Positions 49,825 through 60,283 are shown, numbered from the stretch's first letter. The stretch is DNA of 64,000 bases from an uncultured Porphyromonadaceae bacterium (GCA_946410185.1 CAMJZI010000002.1:3921-67920), one strand, 5' to 3'. Notes: generated from the sequence alone by a model not told the origin. Translations and numbers: made by a program.

Positions 49825-49870
49825 AAAAAGAATTGCAGCTTTGTCCCGCAGGAGGGGGACTAAGCCGCAA
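49825..49870 (-). terminator. Intrinsic terminator of the ferredoxin gene
   Basis: Minus strand ttgcggcttagtccc...gggacaaagctgcaa followed by ttcttttt. Confidence 0.6.
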
Positions 49871-49897
49871 TGTTTCTTTCTATTAAAACTTTAGAAA

Positions 49898-50068
49898 TTA
49901 TTCGCCGGGAGCGATTGCGCCAGTGGGGCAAGCGTCGGCACAAGTGCCGCAGTCCAGACAGGTGTCGGGATCAATCTTGTAGATGTCGCCCTCAGAGATT
50001 GCATCGGCGGGACATACTGACTGGCAGGTACCGCAAGCTACACAGCTATCAGAAATTACATAAGCCAT
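49898..50068 (-). CDS. 2[4Fe-4S] ferredoxin, 56 aa (below the ORF-track cutoff)
   Basis: Manual translation MAYVISDSCVACGTCQSVCPADAISEGDIYKIDPDTCLDCGTCADACPTGAIAPGE has two CxxCxxCxxxCP motifs. Promoter TACTTTTG on minus at 50129-50136. Confidence 0.96.
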   Translation of the reverse strand: MAYVISDSCVACGTCQSVCPADAISEGDIYKIDPDTCLDCGTCADACPTGAIAPGE

Positions 50069-50288
50069 AGTTCTATAAATTTAAAGGTGAAATAATAAAT
50101 ATTAATAATGTAAAAGTAAACAGTTCGGCAAAAGTAGTGTTTTTATTTGAATCCGTAGCACATTTTTGCCGATTTTTCTTTGTTACCAGTGGATTTTTTG
50201 TTCTTGATGACTAATTCTCGCATTTTTTTTGTACCTTTGATGTTGAGGAAATAAAAAAGTTTAATAACCGTGTGATTTTTTTTGTGCA

Positions 50289-50645
50289 ATGAACAGTATC
50301 GACTGGAAAGACGCGCTGGGCAAGGCGTTCAACATGCCCGTCGCCCAAGGGCCCGCCGAAGCCGAGGAACATCAGCCACAGGACAAGGGCGATGCCTTGC
50401 AACAGCAGGGATCGGCAAGACTGGATATCGTGCTTGAACGCAAGGGACGTGCTGGCAAGCAGGCGACGATTGTAGCAGGCTTCATCTGTGACGATGATGC
50501 ACTCAAGCAGGTGGCTTCGCGACTCAAGGGAAGCCTGGGTGTCGGGGGCAGCGCCCGTGGTGGCGAAATCTTGATCCAGGGCGACTTCAGGCAACGTGTG
50601 CTCGACTTGCTGCAGCAGATGGGCTTCAAGGCACGCATCATCTGA
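50289..50645 (+). CDS. SUI1/YciH translation initiation factor homolog
   Basis: ERKGRAGKQATIV, LKGSLGVGGS, EILIQGD. Promoter TACCTTTG at 50232-50239. Confidence 0.92.
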   Translation: MNSIDWKDALGKAFNMPVAQGPAEAEEHQPQDKGDALQQQGSARLDIVLERKGRAGKQATIVAGFICDDDALKQVASRLKGSLGVGGSARGGEILIQGDFRQRVLDLLQQMGFKARII

Positions 50646-50685
50646 CGGAATTGATGCCGGTACTTTAATCAAACGACCATTCACC

Positions 50686-53600
50686 ATGAGCGACAATACC
50701 ACCAATGAACATGCCCGCAACTTGCTTGTGATAAAGGCATCTGCGGGTTCTGGAAAGACCTATAAACTGGCTCAGCAGTACCTCAGGCACCTGCTGTTTG
50801 TCACAGCCGCCGACGGCAAGACCCTCTTGCCCCGTCGCCGCCCGGGCGATGAGCGCTTGCTCAATAGTCATCGCCAATTGTTGGCAATCACCTTTACCAA
50901 TAAGGCGACCGACGAGATGAAGCGCCGCATCGTCGATGAACTCTACTGCCTGTCACAACCTGGTCTCAAGAGCGATTATCTGGCAGAGTTCATGCGTGAC
51001 TCTGGCATGGATGAGCCCACGATAAGGCAGCTGGCACGCTTGGCACTGAATGAGATGCTGTTTGATTACAGCAATTTCAATGTGAGCACTATCGACTCGT
51101 TTTTCCAGTCTATCCTGCGCAATTTTGCCCGCGAACTTGATCGTGATTTCAATTACGACATCCAGCTCGAGGAAAAATATGCCGTGGGTGTGGCTGTCCA
51201 TAACTTCATGCTCTCGCTGGGGCGTGATGACAAGCCCAGCCAGGTCGATAAGTGGGTCAAGGAATACCAGCGACATCTGTTGTATGACAATCCCAAAAAG
51301 CGGGACTGGCGTTTCTTCAGCGATAATAGTGACCTGCACGGCTTTGCCAATCAAATCAATACCGAGGTCTTCAGGGCCAAGATGGAACAGATACGTGCAT
51401 ACTTGACTAAGACCGATGCCGACGGCCGCGTGCAGAATGATTTCTCCCGTATCCGTGCATTCCTCAAGCATGTGCATGACATGGGAGAGCTCGTCGCTGG
51501 CAAGGTGGCCGAGGCCGACGCGGAGTTGTTGCAGATGCTGGAGCCGATGGCCGATGCCCTGAAAAAAAACAGTGCCTTGATAGGGGTTATGAAGAACAGG
51601 GAATACAAGACCGAAGCGCTCAAGGGGGCCGACGAGGAGAAGGTAGCCAGCCAGTTCGGCAAGAGTCACGTGCCCGATGCCGCTGTCGTGACCCGCATCC
51701 AGCAGCTCATTGCCATTCATTTTGACGCGCAACCAGTACTGGACTTGTTCAAGCATGTCGAGAACAACCTGGGTTTGCTGGGCATGCTGGGCATGATTGA
51801 TTTGTTCCTGGAGGAATTCCGTCATGAGACCAATTCCATCCTCATCGGTGATACCAACGAGCTGATCGCCACGGTGCTCAAGAGCGGTTCCGACTTTGTC
51901 TATGAGCGTGTGGGATCCACGATAGCCCATTTCATGATCGATGAATTTCAGGACACCAGCACCAAGCAGTATGAGAACTTCCGTGGACTGCTCCGGGAGA
52001 GCCTGGCCAGCGGCAATTTCAATATGCTCATTGGTGATGCCAAGCAGTCGATTTATCGTTTCCGTAATGCCGACCCCACGGTATTTCGTGAGAAGGTCGA
52101 AGCCGATTTCTTTAACGATATTACCGACGGCCTGACCCCAGACACGAGACCCAAACCAGGAGAGCCCAAATCGACCAATTACCGTAGTTCTAGAAAAATC
52201 GTCGAGTTCAATAACTGCTTGTTTGATTACATCTCGCAGCGATATAACGGCGACGAGGCTATCCGCAACACTTACAAGGACTTCTTGCAGGCCTTGCCGC
52301 CAAACGTGGATCAGAAGCCGGCGGGCTACGTTCGCCTCTTCACCGACCATTATAACCACTTGGCAAGCGACCCCTTTATCCACGACCAGCTCGTGAAGGA
52401 GGGCTTGCTGCCCGAGGGCGATGGCGTGGACATGGGTAGTATCACGACATTGTCTTTACTCCCTGCCTACCTGATGCAACTCCATCAGCGCTTTGAGTGG
52501 GGGCAGATTGGCATTTTGGGCAACACGGGAAACGACTGCAACAGCGTCGTGCAACGCATTCTTGAGTACAACCAGCACACGACAGGAGAGCCGATCAACA
52601 TCATCTCGGGAGAGTCCCTGTTGCTCAAGAACTCTCCTGTTATCAGGCGCATTATCGCTATGTTGCGTTTCATCGACATCAGCGATACCGGCAGTAGCGA
52701 CGTGGACGATGACCCTAGCGAAATCAATGGCGCACAAGCCTACCTGCTGGCCAAGCGGCGCAGCGATCAGCGCCTCTACACTGGTCTGAACCGTTTTATC
52801 CAGGATTTGTCGGCAAGGCCCGATGCAACCGCCCTGGATAATGGACGGTGCCTGGTCGAGAGCCTGAATGCGGTTGCTATGACTTCGACTGCTGAGCAAC
52901 AAGACGATGAACAGTTTGCCCGCACTCTTGCCGAACTGCTCCCAGGAGCCGGGGAACTGACAACCCTTGTTAGCATCGTCGAGACGATTATAGCCCATTT
53001 CAAGAGTGATGCCGAGACGGGAGCCGACGTGGATCGCGAAACAGCATTCCTGATGGCCTTCCAGGACGCTGTGATGCGCTTCAGCGCCCAGCGTAATGGT
53101 GGCAGCGTGCGGGAGTTTCTCAAGTATTGGGATGAGAACAAGGAGAAACTGGCGGTAAGCAGCTCGGACGGTGGCGATGCGATCAATATCATGACCATTC
53201 ACAAGGCCAAGGGGCTGGAGTTTGACTGTCTGGTGATACCGTTTGCCAACTGGCAGATTGATGACAATTATAAAGAGGATGCCTACTGGATGCCTGGCGA
53301 TTTATTCATCCAGGTTTTAAATTCACTCTCGCCTGACGGCACACAGTGTGACAAGACGTTGGTGCCGCCCATGGTTCATGTCGAGAAGAAGGCCATGGCA
53401 GCACTACAAGATAGCGGTCGGCTGCCAAGCCTTGCCAGCGATTTTATTGCCAGGGGCAGGGCCGATATCGTCATCGACAACCTGAACAAGACCTATGTGG
53501 CCATGACGCGCCCGTGTACCGAGTTGCACGTCTTCTGCGGCCTCAAGATTGATCACAAGTACCACAACGACATGCTGCCGTTGATGACCGACTTTGCCGC

Positions 53601-54303
53601 CAATACTCCCATCATGAAGCCGATGGGCGTGATGCACGACGGCTCAGCCACTGGTTGGTATGAGTTTGGCTCGATGTCATCGCGCGACGAGATTCAGTCG
53701 AGCCGTGGCCATGACGATGATGGCAGCGAACGTGTCGCCATCACGCAGTACACGGTTAGCGACATTCCCGTGAATCTGCGCGTCAGAATTGAGCATGCTT
53801 CGAGTTCGCAAGTCAAGGCAGGCAAGCGCATGCATGGCCTGTTGAGCCACATCCACGATCGTGACGACGTGGACCGCGTGATTGCTCAAGGTATCAAGCA
53901 CGGTATCATCACCAACCAGCCCGGCGACACGTGCAACATCGATGTCATCAATACCCATCTGCGCGAGCCCATCATGCAGCAGAAGGGCATCGTGGCTTCA
54001 TGGTTTGATCCGGCCAACAAGGTGTATAGCGAGCGCACTATCACCACAGCCAGTAGCAACCTGTGGGATGAGGACGGCATCGAGAACCTGCGGCCCGACC
54101 GTATCGTCCGCCGCCCCGACGGGCAGTTGCTTGTCATCGACTACAAGAGCGGCCAGCGTGATGATAAGCGATATTGCCGTCAGGTGCAGCGCTACATCGA
54201 CAAGTTGCGCCTCATCTTCCCTGAAGCTCCTATAGCGGGCCGCGTCTGGTACATTGCCCTCGATGTCGTCATCGATGAGAAGGGCAAGTTGCTCAGCCGC
54301 TAA
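50686..54303 (+). CDS. UvrD/AddA-like ATP-dependent helicase with C-terminal PD-(D/E)XK nuclease
   Basis: ASAGSGKT, AITFTNKA, STIDSF, IDEFQDTS, GDAKQSIYRFR, NYRS, TIHKAKGLEF, YVAMTR; RPDR..VIDYKSG. Confidence 0.92.
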   Translation: MSDNTTNEHARNLLVIKASAGSGKTYKLAQQYLRHLLFVTAADGKTLLPRRRPGDERLLNSHRQLLAITFTNKATDEMKRRIVDELYCLSQPGLKSDYLAEFMRDSGMDEPTIRQLARLALNEMLFDYSNFNVSTIDSFFQSILRNFARELDRDFNYDIQLEEKYAVGVAVHNFMLSLGRDDKPSQVDKWVKEYQRHLLYDNPKKRDWRFFSDNSDLHGFANQINTEVFRAKMEQIRAYLTKTDADGRVQNDFSRIRAFLKHVHDMGELVAGKVAEADAELLQMLEPMADALKKNSALIGVMKNREYKTEALKGADEEKVASQFGKSHVPDAAVVTRIQQLIAIHFDAQPVLDLFKHVENNLGLLGMLGMIDLFLEEFRHETNSILIGDTNELIATVLKSGSDFVYERVGSTIAHFMIDEFQDTSTKQYENFRGLLRESLASGNFNMLIGDAKQSIYRFRNADPTVFREKVEADFFNDITDGLTPDTRPKPGEPKSTNYRSSRKIVEFNNCLFDYISQRYNGDEAIRNTYKDFLQALPPNVDQKPAGYVRLFTDHYNHLASDPFIHDQLVKEGLLPEGDGVDMGSITTLSLLPAYLMQLHQRFEWGQIGILGNTGNDCNSVVQRILEYNQHTTGEPINIISGESLLLKNSPVIRRIIAMLRFIDISDTGSSDVDDDPSEINGAQAYLLAKRRSDQRLYTGLNRFIQDLSARPDATALDNGRCLVESLNAVAMTSTAEQQDDEQFARTLAELLPGAGELTTLVSIVETIIAHFKSDAETGADVDRETAFLMAFQDAVMRFSAQRNGGSVREFLKYWDENKEKLAVSSSDGGDAINIMTIHKAKGLEFDCLVIPFANWQIDDNYKEDAYWMPGDLFIQVLNSLSPDGTQCDKTLVPPMVHVEKKAMAALQDSGRLPSLASDFIARGRADIVIDNLNKTYVAMTRPCTELHVFCGLKIDHKYHNDMLPLMTDFAANTPIMKPMGVMHDGSATGWYEFGSMSSRDEIQSSRGHDDDGSERVAITQYTVSDIPVNLRVRIEHASSSQVKAGKRMHGLLSHIHDRDDVDRVIAQGIKHGIITNQPGDTCNIDVINTHLREPIMQQKGIVASWFDPANKVYSERTITTASSNLWDEDGIENLRPDRIVRRPDGQLLVIDYKSGQRDDKRYCRQVQRYIDKLRLIFPEAPIAGRVWYIALDVVIDEKGKLLSR

Positions 54304-54379
54304 CGACCATCAGCCTAGGGGGACAATAGGCTGGAAAACAGCCGTAATCCTGTGACCCGATGAGGAGAAACCACAGTAA

Positions 54380-54414
54380 AGAGACGCAAGATTTTGCGTC
54401 TCTGCTTTTTTTTT
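54380..54414 (+). terminator. Intrinsic terminator with REP-like stem
   Basis: agagacgcaa-gatt-ttgcgtctct followed by gc and T9; the argS promoter TAATTTTG follows at 54416-54423. Confidence 0.7.
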
Positions 54415-54465
54415 GTAATTTTGCGGTTTAATTGCTACTGATAACAATAAAAACTGCAAAAGATT

Positions 54466-56250
54466 ATGTCGATTGATCAGATATTGGCCGAAGCTACTGC
54501 AACGGCGGTGAAGGAGTTATACGGTGTGGATTTCCCCGCCGAGAAGATTGTTCCCCAGACGACCAAGAAGGAGTTTGAGGGCAACGAGACGATTGTTGTG
54601 TTCCCCTTCCTCAAGGCATCGCGCAAGGCGCCCGACATGACGGCACAGGAGATTGGCGAGCACATGCTGGCCCACTGCGAGGCTGTTGAGAAATTCAACG
54701 TCATTAAGGGTTTCCTGAACATCACCATCAAGCCGTCGTTCTGGACGGGCGTTCTACAACATGTGGCCTCGACACCCAACTATGGCTTTACCACGGCTAA
54801 CGACGACAGCCAGCTGGTGATGATTGAGTACTCATCGCCCAATACCAACAAGCCTCTGCACCTGGGACACGTGCGCAACAACCTGCTGGGTTACAGCCTG
54901 TCCAAGATCATGGAGGCTAACGGCTACAAGGTAGTCAAGACCAATATTGTCAACGACCGCGGTATCCACATCTGCAAGTCGATGCTCGCTTGGCTCAAGT
55001 GGGGCGAAGGCGCTACGCCTGAGTCCACTGGCAAGAAGGGTGACCACCTGATTGGTGACTTCTATGTGGCCTTTGACAAGCACTACAAGGCCGAGGTCAA
55101 GGAACTGGTCGAGAAGGGCATGAGTCAGGAGGAAGCCGAGAAGCAGGCTCCGCTTATCCAGGAGGCCCACGACATGCTACGACGCTGGGAGGCTGGTGAC
55201 CCCGAGGTTCGCGCCCTGTGGAAGAAGATGAACGACTGGGTGTATGACGGATTCGACAAGACTTACAAGCGCATGGGCGTATCGTTTGACAAAATCTACT
55301 ACGAGAGCGATACCTATCTTGTGGGCCGCGACACCGTGCTCGAGGGATTGGATAAGGGCCTCTTCTACCGCAAGGAGGACAATAGCGTGTGGGCCGACCT
55401 CACGCCCGATGGTCTGGACCACAAGCTGCTGCTGCGTAGCGACGGCACATCGGTCTATATGACCCAGGACATCGGTACCGCCCAGCTGCGTTACAAGGAC
55501 TATCCCATCGACCGAATGATCTATGTTGTTGGTAATGAGCAGAATTACCACTTTCAAGTTCTCTCGCTGCTGCTCGACAAACTGGGTTTCAAGTGGGGCA
55601 AGGACTTGGTGCACTTCTCCTACGGTATGGTGGAACTGCCCAATGGCAAGATGAAATCGCGTGAGGGCACTGTTGTCGATGCCGACGAACTCATGGACGA
55701 GATGATTGCTACCGCCACCGAGATGGCTGGTGAACCCGGACGTCTGCAGGGTGTGCCCGACGACGAACGCGACGACGTGCTGCGCATGATTGGCTTGGGT
55801 GCCTTGAAGTATTTCATCCTCAAGGTGGACCCGAGGAAGACCATGCTCTTCGACCCCAGCGAGTCTATCGACTTCAACGGCAACACGGGCCCCTTCATTC
55901 AGTACACCCATGCCCGCATCCAGTCGGTGCTGCGCAAGAGCGGCGAGAACTATAACGCTGTTGACATCAGCAATGTGGCTCCCAACGACAAGGAGACATC
56001 GCTCATCCAGCGTCTGGCCGACTTTACCACGGTGGTTGCCGATGCAGGTCGCAATTACAGCCCCGCGCTCATTGCCAACTATGTCTATGATCTGGCCAAG
56101 GAGTACAACCAGTTCTACCACGACTGCAGCATCCTCAGGGAGCAGGACGAGAAGGTGCGCGCCTTCCGTCTGCTGCTCAGTGCCACCGTTGCCAGCGTCA
56201 TTCGCCGCGGCATGGGCCTGCTGGGCATCGAGGTTCCCGACAGGATGTAA
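54466..56250 (+). CDS. argS: Arginine--tRNA ligase
   Basis: EYSSPNTNKPLHLGHVRN (HIGH-like), GKMKSREG, GNTGPFIQYTHARI, C-terminal GIEVPDRM. Confidence 0.97.
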   Translation: MSIDQILAEATATAVKELYGVDFPAEKIVPQTTKKEFEGNETIVVFPFLKASRKAPDMTAQEIGEHMLAHCEAVEKFNVIKGFLNITIKPSFWTGVLQHVASTPNYGFTTANDDSQLVMIEYSSPNTNKPLHLGHVRNNLLGYSLSKIMEANGYKVVKTNIVNDRGIHICKSMLAWLKWGEGATPESTGKKGDHLIGDFYVAFDKHYKAEVKELVEKGMSQEEAEKQAPLIQEAHDMLRRWEAGDPEVRALWKKMNDWVYDGFDKTYKRMGVSFDKIYYESDTYLVGRDTVLEGLDKGLFYRKEDNSVWADLTPDGLDHKLLLRSDGTSVYMTQDIGTAQLRYKDYPIDRMIYVVGNEQNYHFQVLSLLLDKLGFKWGKDLVHFSYGMVELPNGKMKSREGTVVDADELMDEMIATATEMAGEPGRLQGVPDDERDDVLRMIGLGALKYFILKVDPRKTMLFDPSESIDFNGNTGPFIQYTHARIQSVLRKSGENYNAVDISNVAPNDKETSLIQRLADFTTVVADAGRNYSPALIANYVYDLAKEYNQFYHDCSILREQDEKVRAFRLLLSATVASVIRRGMGLLGIEVPDRM

Positions 56251-56265
56251 TTGATGACGGATTTT

Positions 56266-56281
56266 TGGCACGGTTTTTGCT
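56266..56281 (+). promoter_or_regulatory. Sigma-54 (RpoN) -24/-12 promoter
   Basis: TGGCACGGTTTTTGCT matches TGGCAC-N5-TTGCW exactly, about 80 nt upstream of the YccA-like ATG. Confidence 0.72.
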
Positions 56282-56362
56282 TGTGAGACTTGAAGAGGCG
56301 TTGGGCCTCGACAATGATACCTACAACCGGTTAAATGACAATTTAAAACAGAAAAAGACGAT

Positions 56363-57091
56363 ATGAACAACTGGAATCAATTTAACGAGAGCGGTTATGC
56401 AACCGCTGTTCAAGCCGAGAACGAGTTGACTCTCAAGCGCTATGTCGCTGGTGTAATGCGCAAGGTGTATGGCAAGATGACCCTTGGCCTGCTGCTCACC
56501 GCAGTCATATCTTTCCTCATTGTGAACTCACCTGCCGCATTGAGTCTGTTATTCAGCACTTCGGCAACGATTTGGGTTTTGTTCGCCCTTGAGCTGGGCC
56601 TCGTCATCTATTTGAGCGCACGCATCGACAAGTTGAGCCATGGTACGGCCACGGCCTTGTTTTATGTTTATAGTGCCATCAATGGCGTCACCCTGGCCCC
56701 CATATTCTTGGTATATACGGGTGCCAGCATTGCTATGACCTTTGCCATAACTGCAGGCACTTTTGGTGCCATGACCATAGCAGGGTATGTGACCAAGATG
56801 GACCTTAGCAAGTTCGGCTCATACTTGATGATGGCTCTTCTGGGCTTGATTTTGTGCATGGTAGTGAATATCTTCATGCACAGCTCGATGTTCGACCTGC
56901 TCATCTCGTGCGCAGGTGTGCTCATCTTCACTGGCCTCACCGCCTGGGACACCCAGGCCATTAAGCGCATGTGCGCCGAGGCCGACCCCTCGATGATGGG
57001 CAAGGTGGCCACGATGGGTGCTTTGAGCCTCTATCTCGACTTCATCAACTTGTTCCTGCACCTGTTGCGATTCCTGGGTAACCGCAATTAA
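56363..57091 (+). CDS. Bax inhibitor-1/YccA family membrane protein
   Basis: About 7 TMs; MRKVY, TAWDTQ, GALSLYLDFINLFL. Confidence 0.93.
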   Translation: MNNWNQFNESGYATAVQAENELTLKRYVAGVMRKVYGKMTLGLLLTAVISFLIVNSPAALSLLFSTSATIWVLFALELGLVIYLSARIDKLSHGTATALFYVYSAINGVTLAPIFLVYTGASIAMTFAITAGTFGAMTIAGYVTKMDLSKFGSYLMMALLGLILCMVVNIFMHSSMFDLLISCAGVLIFTGLTAWDTQAIKRMCAEADPSMMGKVATMGALSLYLDFINLFLHLLRFLGNRN

Positions 57092-57122
57092 TAGGTTTCT
57101 TGACAGGGACAAACCCATACAA

Positions 57123-57157
57123 GCACCCCCGGCGACTCCATGTTGCCGGGGGTGTTC
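57123..57157 (+). terminator. Hairpin, probable terminator after yccA
   Basis: gcacccccggcgac-tccat-gttgccgggggtgt. Confidence 0.6.
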
Positions 57158-57366
57158 TGGATTTGCCACTTGCCATGAATGATTGGGCGGTCTTTTGTCG
57201 GTTTTGTGCAGAGAAGTGTTTTTTTGTGCAACGGTTAACCAAGTGCGGGAAAGATATAGCCGATGAGTTGCCCGTGAGACAACTTTAGTGGCATGTGGTA
57301 CAATAAAAGACGGTTTTCTTAGTTAATTAGGTAAAAAGACCATTGTAATTTTTCTAATAAGTTGAA

Positions 57367-58560
57367 ATGAAACTGAAAAAATCAATACTTGCCGTCGCTC
57401 TGATGGCAACTGCTTTGACGGCCTGGTCACAGGAGGCTGACATTAAGAACACTGAGTTCAACCCAGTGACTACGGGTGTCACGTCGCTCAGCATCACTCC
57501 TGATGCGCGTGGCGCATCGATGGGCGACCTGGGTGCAGCTACCGAGGCCGATGTCAACTCCCAGTTTTGGAATCCGTCAAAGTATGCGTTTGCCTACAGC
57601 AAGGCTGGCGTGTCGCTCTCCTACACCCCGTGGCTGCGCAAGATTGTCAATGACATCTATCTGGCCAATCTGGCTGGTTACTACAAGATTGGTAGCAGCG
57701 ACAACCAGGCGGTGAGCGCATCGCTGCGCTATTTCTCCCTGGGCGAGGTGATGGCTACCGATGGCGGTTCGGCTACGGTGGCGACCATCAACCCGTTTGA
57801 GATGTCGGTCGACGTGGGCTATAGCCGCAAGTTGAGTGAAAAATTCTCGATGGGTGTTGCTCTGCGTTACATTTATAGCGACCTGGGATTCGGTGACATG
57901 AACACGGGCGAACTGACATCCAGCGCATCGGCTTTTGCCGCCGACTTGTCGGGTTATTATACCACTTATCCTATTATCGGGCGCAATGAGTGCCAGTGGT
58001 CGTTGGGCTTCAACCTGTCTAACATCGGTTCCAAGGTTTCTTATGACCACGGCAATAACCCCGCATATCTGCCTGCCAATCTCAAAATTGGTACGGCATT
58101 TACATTCCCGCTTGCCGACTACAACAACTTGACCATCGGTTTCGATGCCAACCACCTGATGGTCCCCGCCAAGCCTCGCCAGTCAGAATTCTATACCGAA
58201 AGTGGTGAGCCTGATTATGAAGCTTTCAGCCGTGCCGAGGAGGATTGGAAGAATAAGTCGTCAATCTCGGGTATGTTCGATAGCTTTAAGGACAATTTTG
58301 CTAAACGCATCACCTATTCGGTGGGTGCCGAGTATGCCTACAACCAGCAGTTCTTCCTGCGTGGCGGTTACTACTACGAGAGCAAGTATGCCGGTAATCG
58401 ACAGTACTTCGGCATGGGTGCCGGTTTCTCGCTCAACGTCATCAAGATTGATGCCAGCTACATGATTGCCACAGCCCAGAACAGCCCGCTCGACCAGACA
58501 CTGCGTTTCACCCTGTCATTCGACCTGGATGGCATCAAGGATCTCTTCGGTCGTAACTGA
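57367..58560 (+). CDS. porV: T9SS outer-membrane shuttle PorV
   Basis: ITPDARGASMGD, WNPSKYAF, SYTPWL, SLRYFSLG, NSPLDQTLRFTL; directly upstream of ispF. Confidence 0.93.
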   Translation: MKLKKSILAVALMATALTAWSQEADIKNTEFNPVTTGVTSLSITPDARGASMGDLGAATEADVNSQFWNPSKYAFAYSKAGVSLSYTPWLRKIVNDIYLANLAGYYKIGSSDNQAVSASLRYFSLGEVMATDGGSATVATINPFEMSVDVGYSRKLSEKFSMGVALRYIYSDLGFGDMNTGELTSSASAFAADLSGYYTTYPIIGRNECQWSLGFNLSNIGSKVSYDHGNNPAYLPANLKIGTAFTFPLADYNNLTIGFDANHLMVPAKPRQSEFYTESGEPDYEAFSRAEEDWKNKSSISGMFDSFKDNFAKRITYSVGAEYAYNQQFFLRGGYYYESKYAGNRQYFGMGAGFSLNVIKIDASYMIATAQNSPLDQTLRFTLSFDLDGIKDLFGRN

Positions 58561-58604
58561 TTTTGATATTGAAACTATAGTAGTTATAGGTTGATAAGAA
58601 GGAA

Positions 58605-59093
58605 ATGGCACGTGTGGGAATGGGATTTGATGTACATCGCCTGGTCGAGGGGAGACCCCTTTGGCTGGGCGGCGTGAATATCCCTTGGGAGCGCGGCTTG
58701 CTGGGCCACAGCGATGCCGACGTTGCCATCCACGCCTTGTGCGATGCTCTGCTGGGTGCGGCGGCGTTGCGCGACATAGGCTACCATTTTCCTGACACGG
58801 ATCCTCGCTACAAGGGCATAGACAGCCGCTTGTTGCTGCGCCACGTGATGCGCTTGCTCGACGAGCAGGGCTATCGTTTGGGCAACTGCGACATCACCAT
58901 CTGTGCCGAGCAGCCCAAACTCAATCCCCACATTCCCGCCATGCAGCAGGAACTGGCCGCTTGCATGGATTGTGAGCCGGGTCAGGTCTCCATCAAGGCC
59001 ACTACCACCGAGAAGTTGGGATATACAGGGCGAGGCGAGGGTATTGCCGCCTATGCCGTTGCACTCATCGAAACTAAACCTGACGAGCCATGA
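58605..59093 (+). CDS. ispF: 2-C-methyl-D-erythritol 2,4-cyclodiphosphate synthase
   Basis: [38 protein letters not shown]. Confidence 0.97.
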   Translation: MARVGMGFDVHRLVEGRPLWLGGVNIPWERGLLGHSDADVAIHALCDALLGAAALRDIGYHFPDTDPRYKGIDSRLLLRHVMRLLDEQGYRLGNCDITICAEQPKLNPHIPAMQQELAACMDCEPGQVSIKATTTEKLGYTGRGEGIAAYAVALIETKPDEP

Positions 59094-60163
59094 TGACCCA
59101 GGCCCAACTGCAACGGCGCGTGCCCTATCTGGACATCCTGCGCGTCATCGCCTGCCTGCTGGTCATCCTCATTCACACACCCATCAGGCAGTATGACACC
59201 TATTATAACACTCCGTCGATTGCTGGAGCGGTCTATACCGTGCTCATTGCGGTGAACTGTAACCTGTTCTTCATGATCACGGGAGCATTGCTCCTGCCCG
59301 TCAAGATCTCGGGCAAGCAATTCTTGAGGCGTCGCCTCGGGGTGGTTTTGTTGCCGCTCGTGGTGTGGACAGTCATTTATCTGCTGGAGCATGCTTTCTT
59401 GCTGCACAACTTCACTCCGCGCTTGCTCACCTCGGTTCTCTTTCATCCCGTCGAGGGTATTTTGTGGTATGTATATGTGCTGCTGGTCGTCTATGTGACC
59501 ATGCCGCTATTGAGCCGATGCATCGAGGCCATCGGCAGACGTGGTGTCGAGACATTGCTGGTGCTGTGGGTGCTATCTTCATTCATCCCTTATCAGCATG
59601 GCGTCTTTATCGAGGCGTTGCAGTACAGCCACAATATGTTCGGTGCGTTTGCCAACTATTACGGCTATGTGCTGTTGGGATACTATATGCACCACTATGG
59701 GCTCCCCGTTTTTGACCGTAAGAACGGATGGCGATGGGCCTTGCTGCTGGCCTTTGGCATTGTTGTGATGCCGCTGTTTGAGTTCTTGGTTCAGGGCCAT
59801 TTTAACATCACCTGGCAGCAGCACATCGACACCATCACCAACGACATTAGTGTGAACAACATCGCTATGGCCACTCTGCTGTTTGCCCTCGTGCAGCGTT
59901 TTGCTCCCAAGCATTACGACCGCAAGGGGCATCCGGGCACAGCCACCTGGTGGCCGTTGCTCAGTCTGTGCACCTTCGGCATCTATCTGTCACAGATGAT
60001 CGTTCTGCGGCAGATCATTTGGCCCTTGACCGCCTCATGGCTGGGCCGGACCCATTGGGTGGCGGACAGCCTGGCGTGCGGCCTGTTGGCCTTTGTGGCG
60101 TGCTTTCTGGTCGTCCTGCTGCTCCGCCGTCTGCCTTTCCACAAATACCTCGTCGGCAAGTAA
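59090..60163 (+). CDS. Acyltransferase-3 (OafA/WecH-like) membrane O-acyltransferase
   Basis: [43 protein letters not shown] overlap with the ispF stop. Confidence 0.85.
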   Translation: MMTQAQLQRRVPYLDILRVIACLLVILIHTPIRQYDTYYNTPSIAGAVYTVLIAVNCNLFFMITGALLLPVKISGKQFLRRRLGVVLLPLVVWTVIYLLEHAFLLHNFTPRLLTSVLFHPVEGILWYVYVLLVVYVTMPLLSRCIEAIGRRGVETLLVLWVLSSFIPYQHGVFIEALQYSHNMFGAFANYYGYVLLGYYMHHYGLPVFDRKNGWRWALLLAFGIVVMPLFEFLVQGHFNITWQQHIDTITNDISVNNIAMATLLFALVQRFAPKHYDRKGHPGTATWWPLLSLCTFGIYLSQMIVLRQIIWPLTASWLGRTHWVADSLACGLLAFVACFLVVLLLRRLPFHKYLVGK

Positions 60164-60283
60164 AGTCCCATCTCTCGTACTGTAAACTCGGGAATGCCAA
60201 AACTAAATGTGTTTTTGTTTGGCTTTCCGCTCGAATTGTAGTACTTTTGCACCGCTTTTAGCAAGAGGTAATTTTTTTGACCG

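Noticed and set aside
50686-54303. Helicase-nuclease as a novel defence system
   Set aside because: The architecture is that of housekeeping AddA in a core-gene context (SUI1, argS); an unlinked addB is not unusual.
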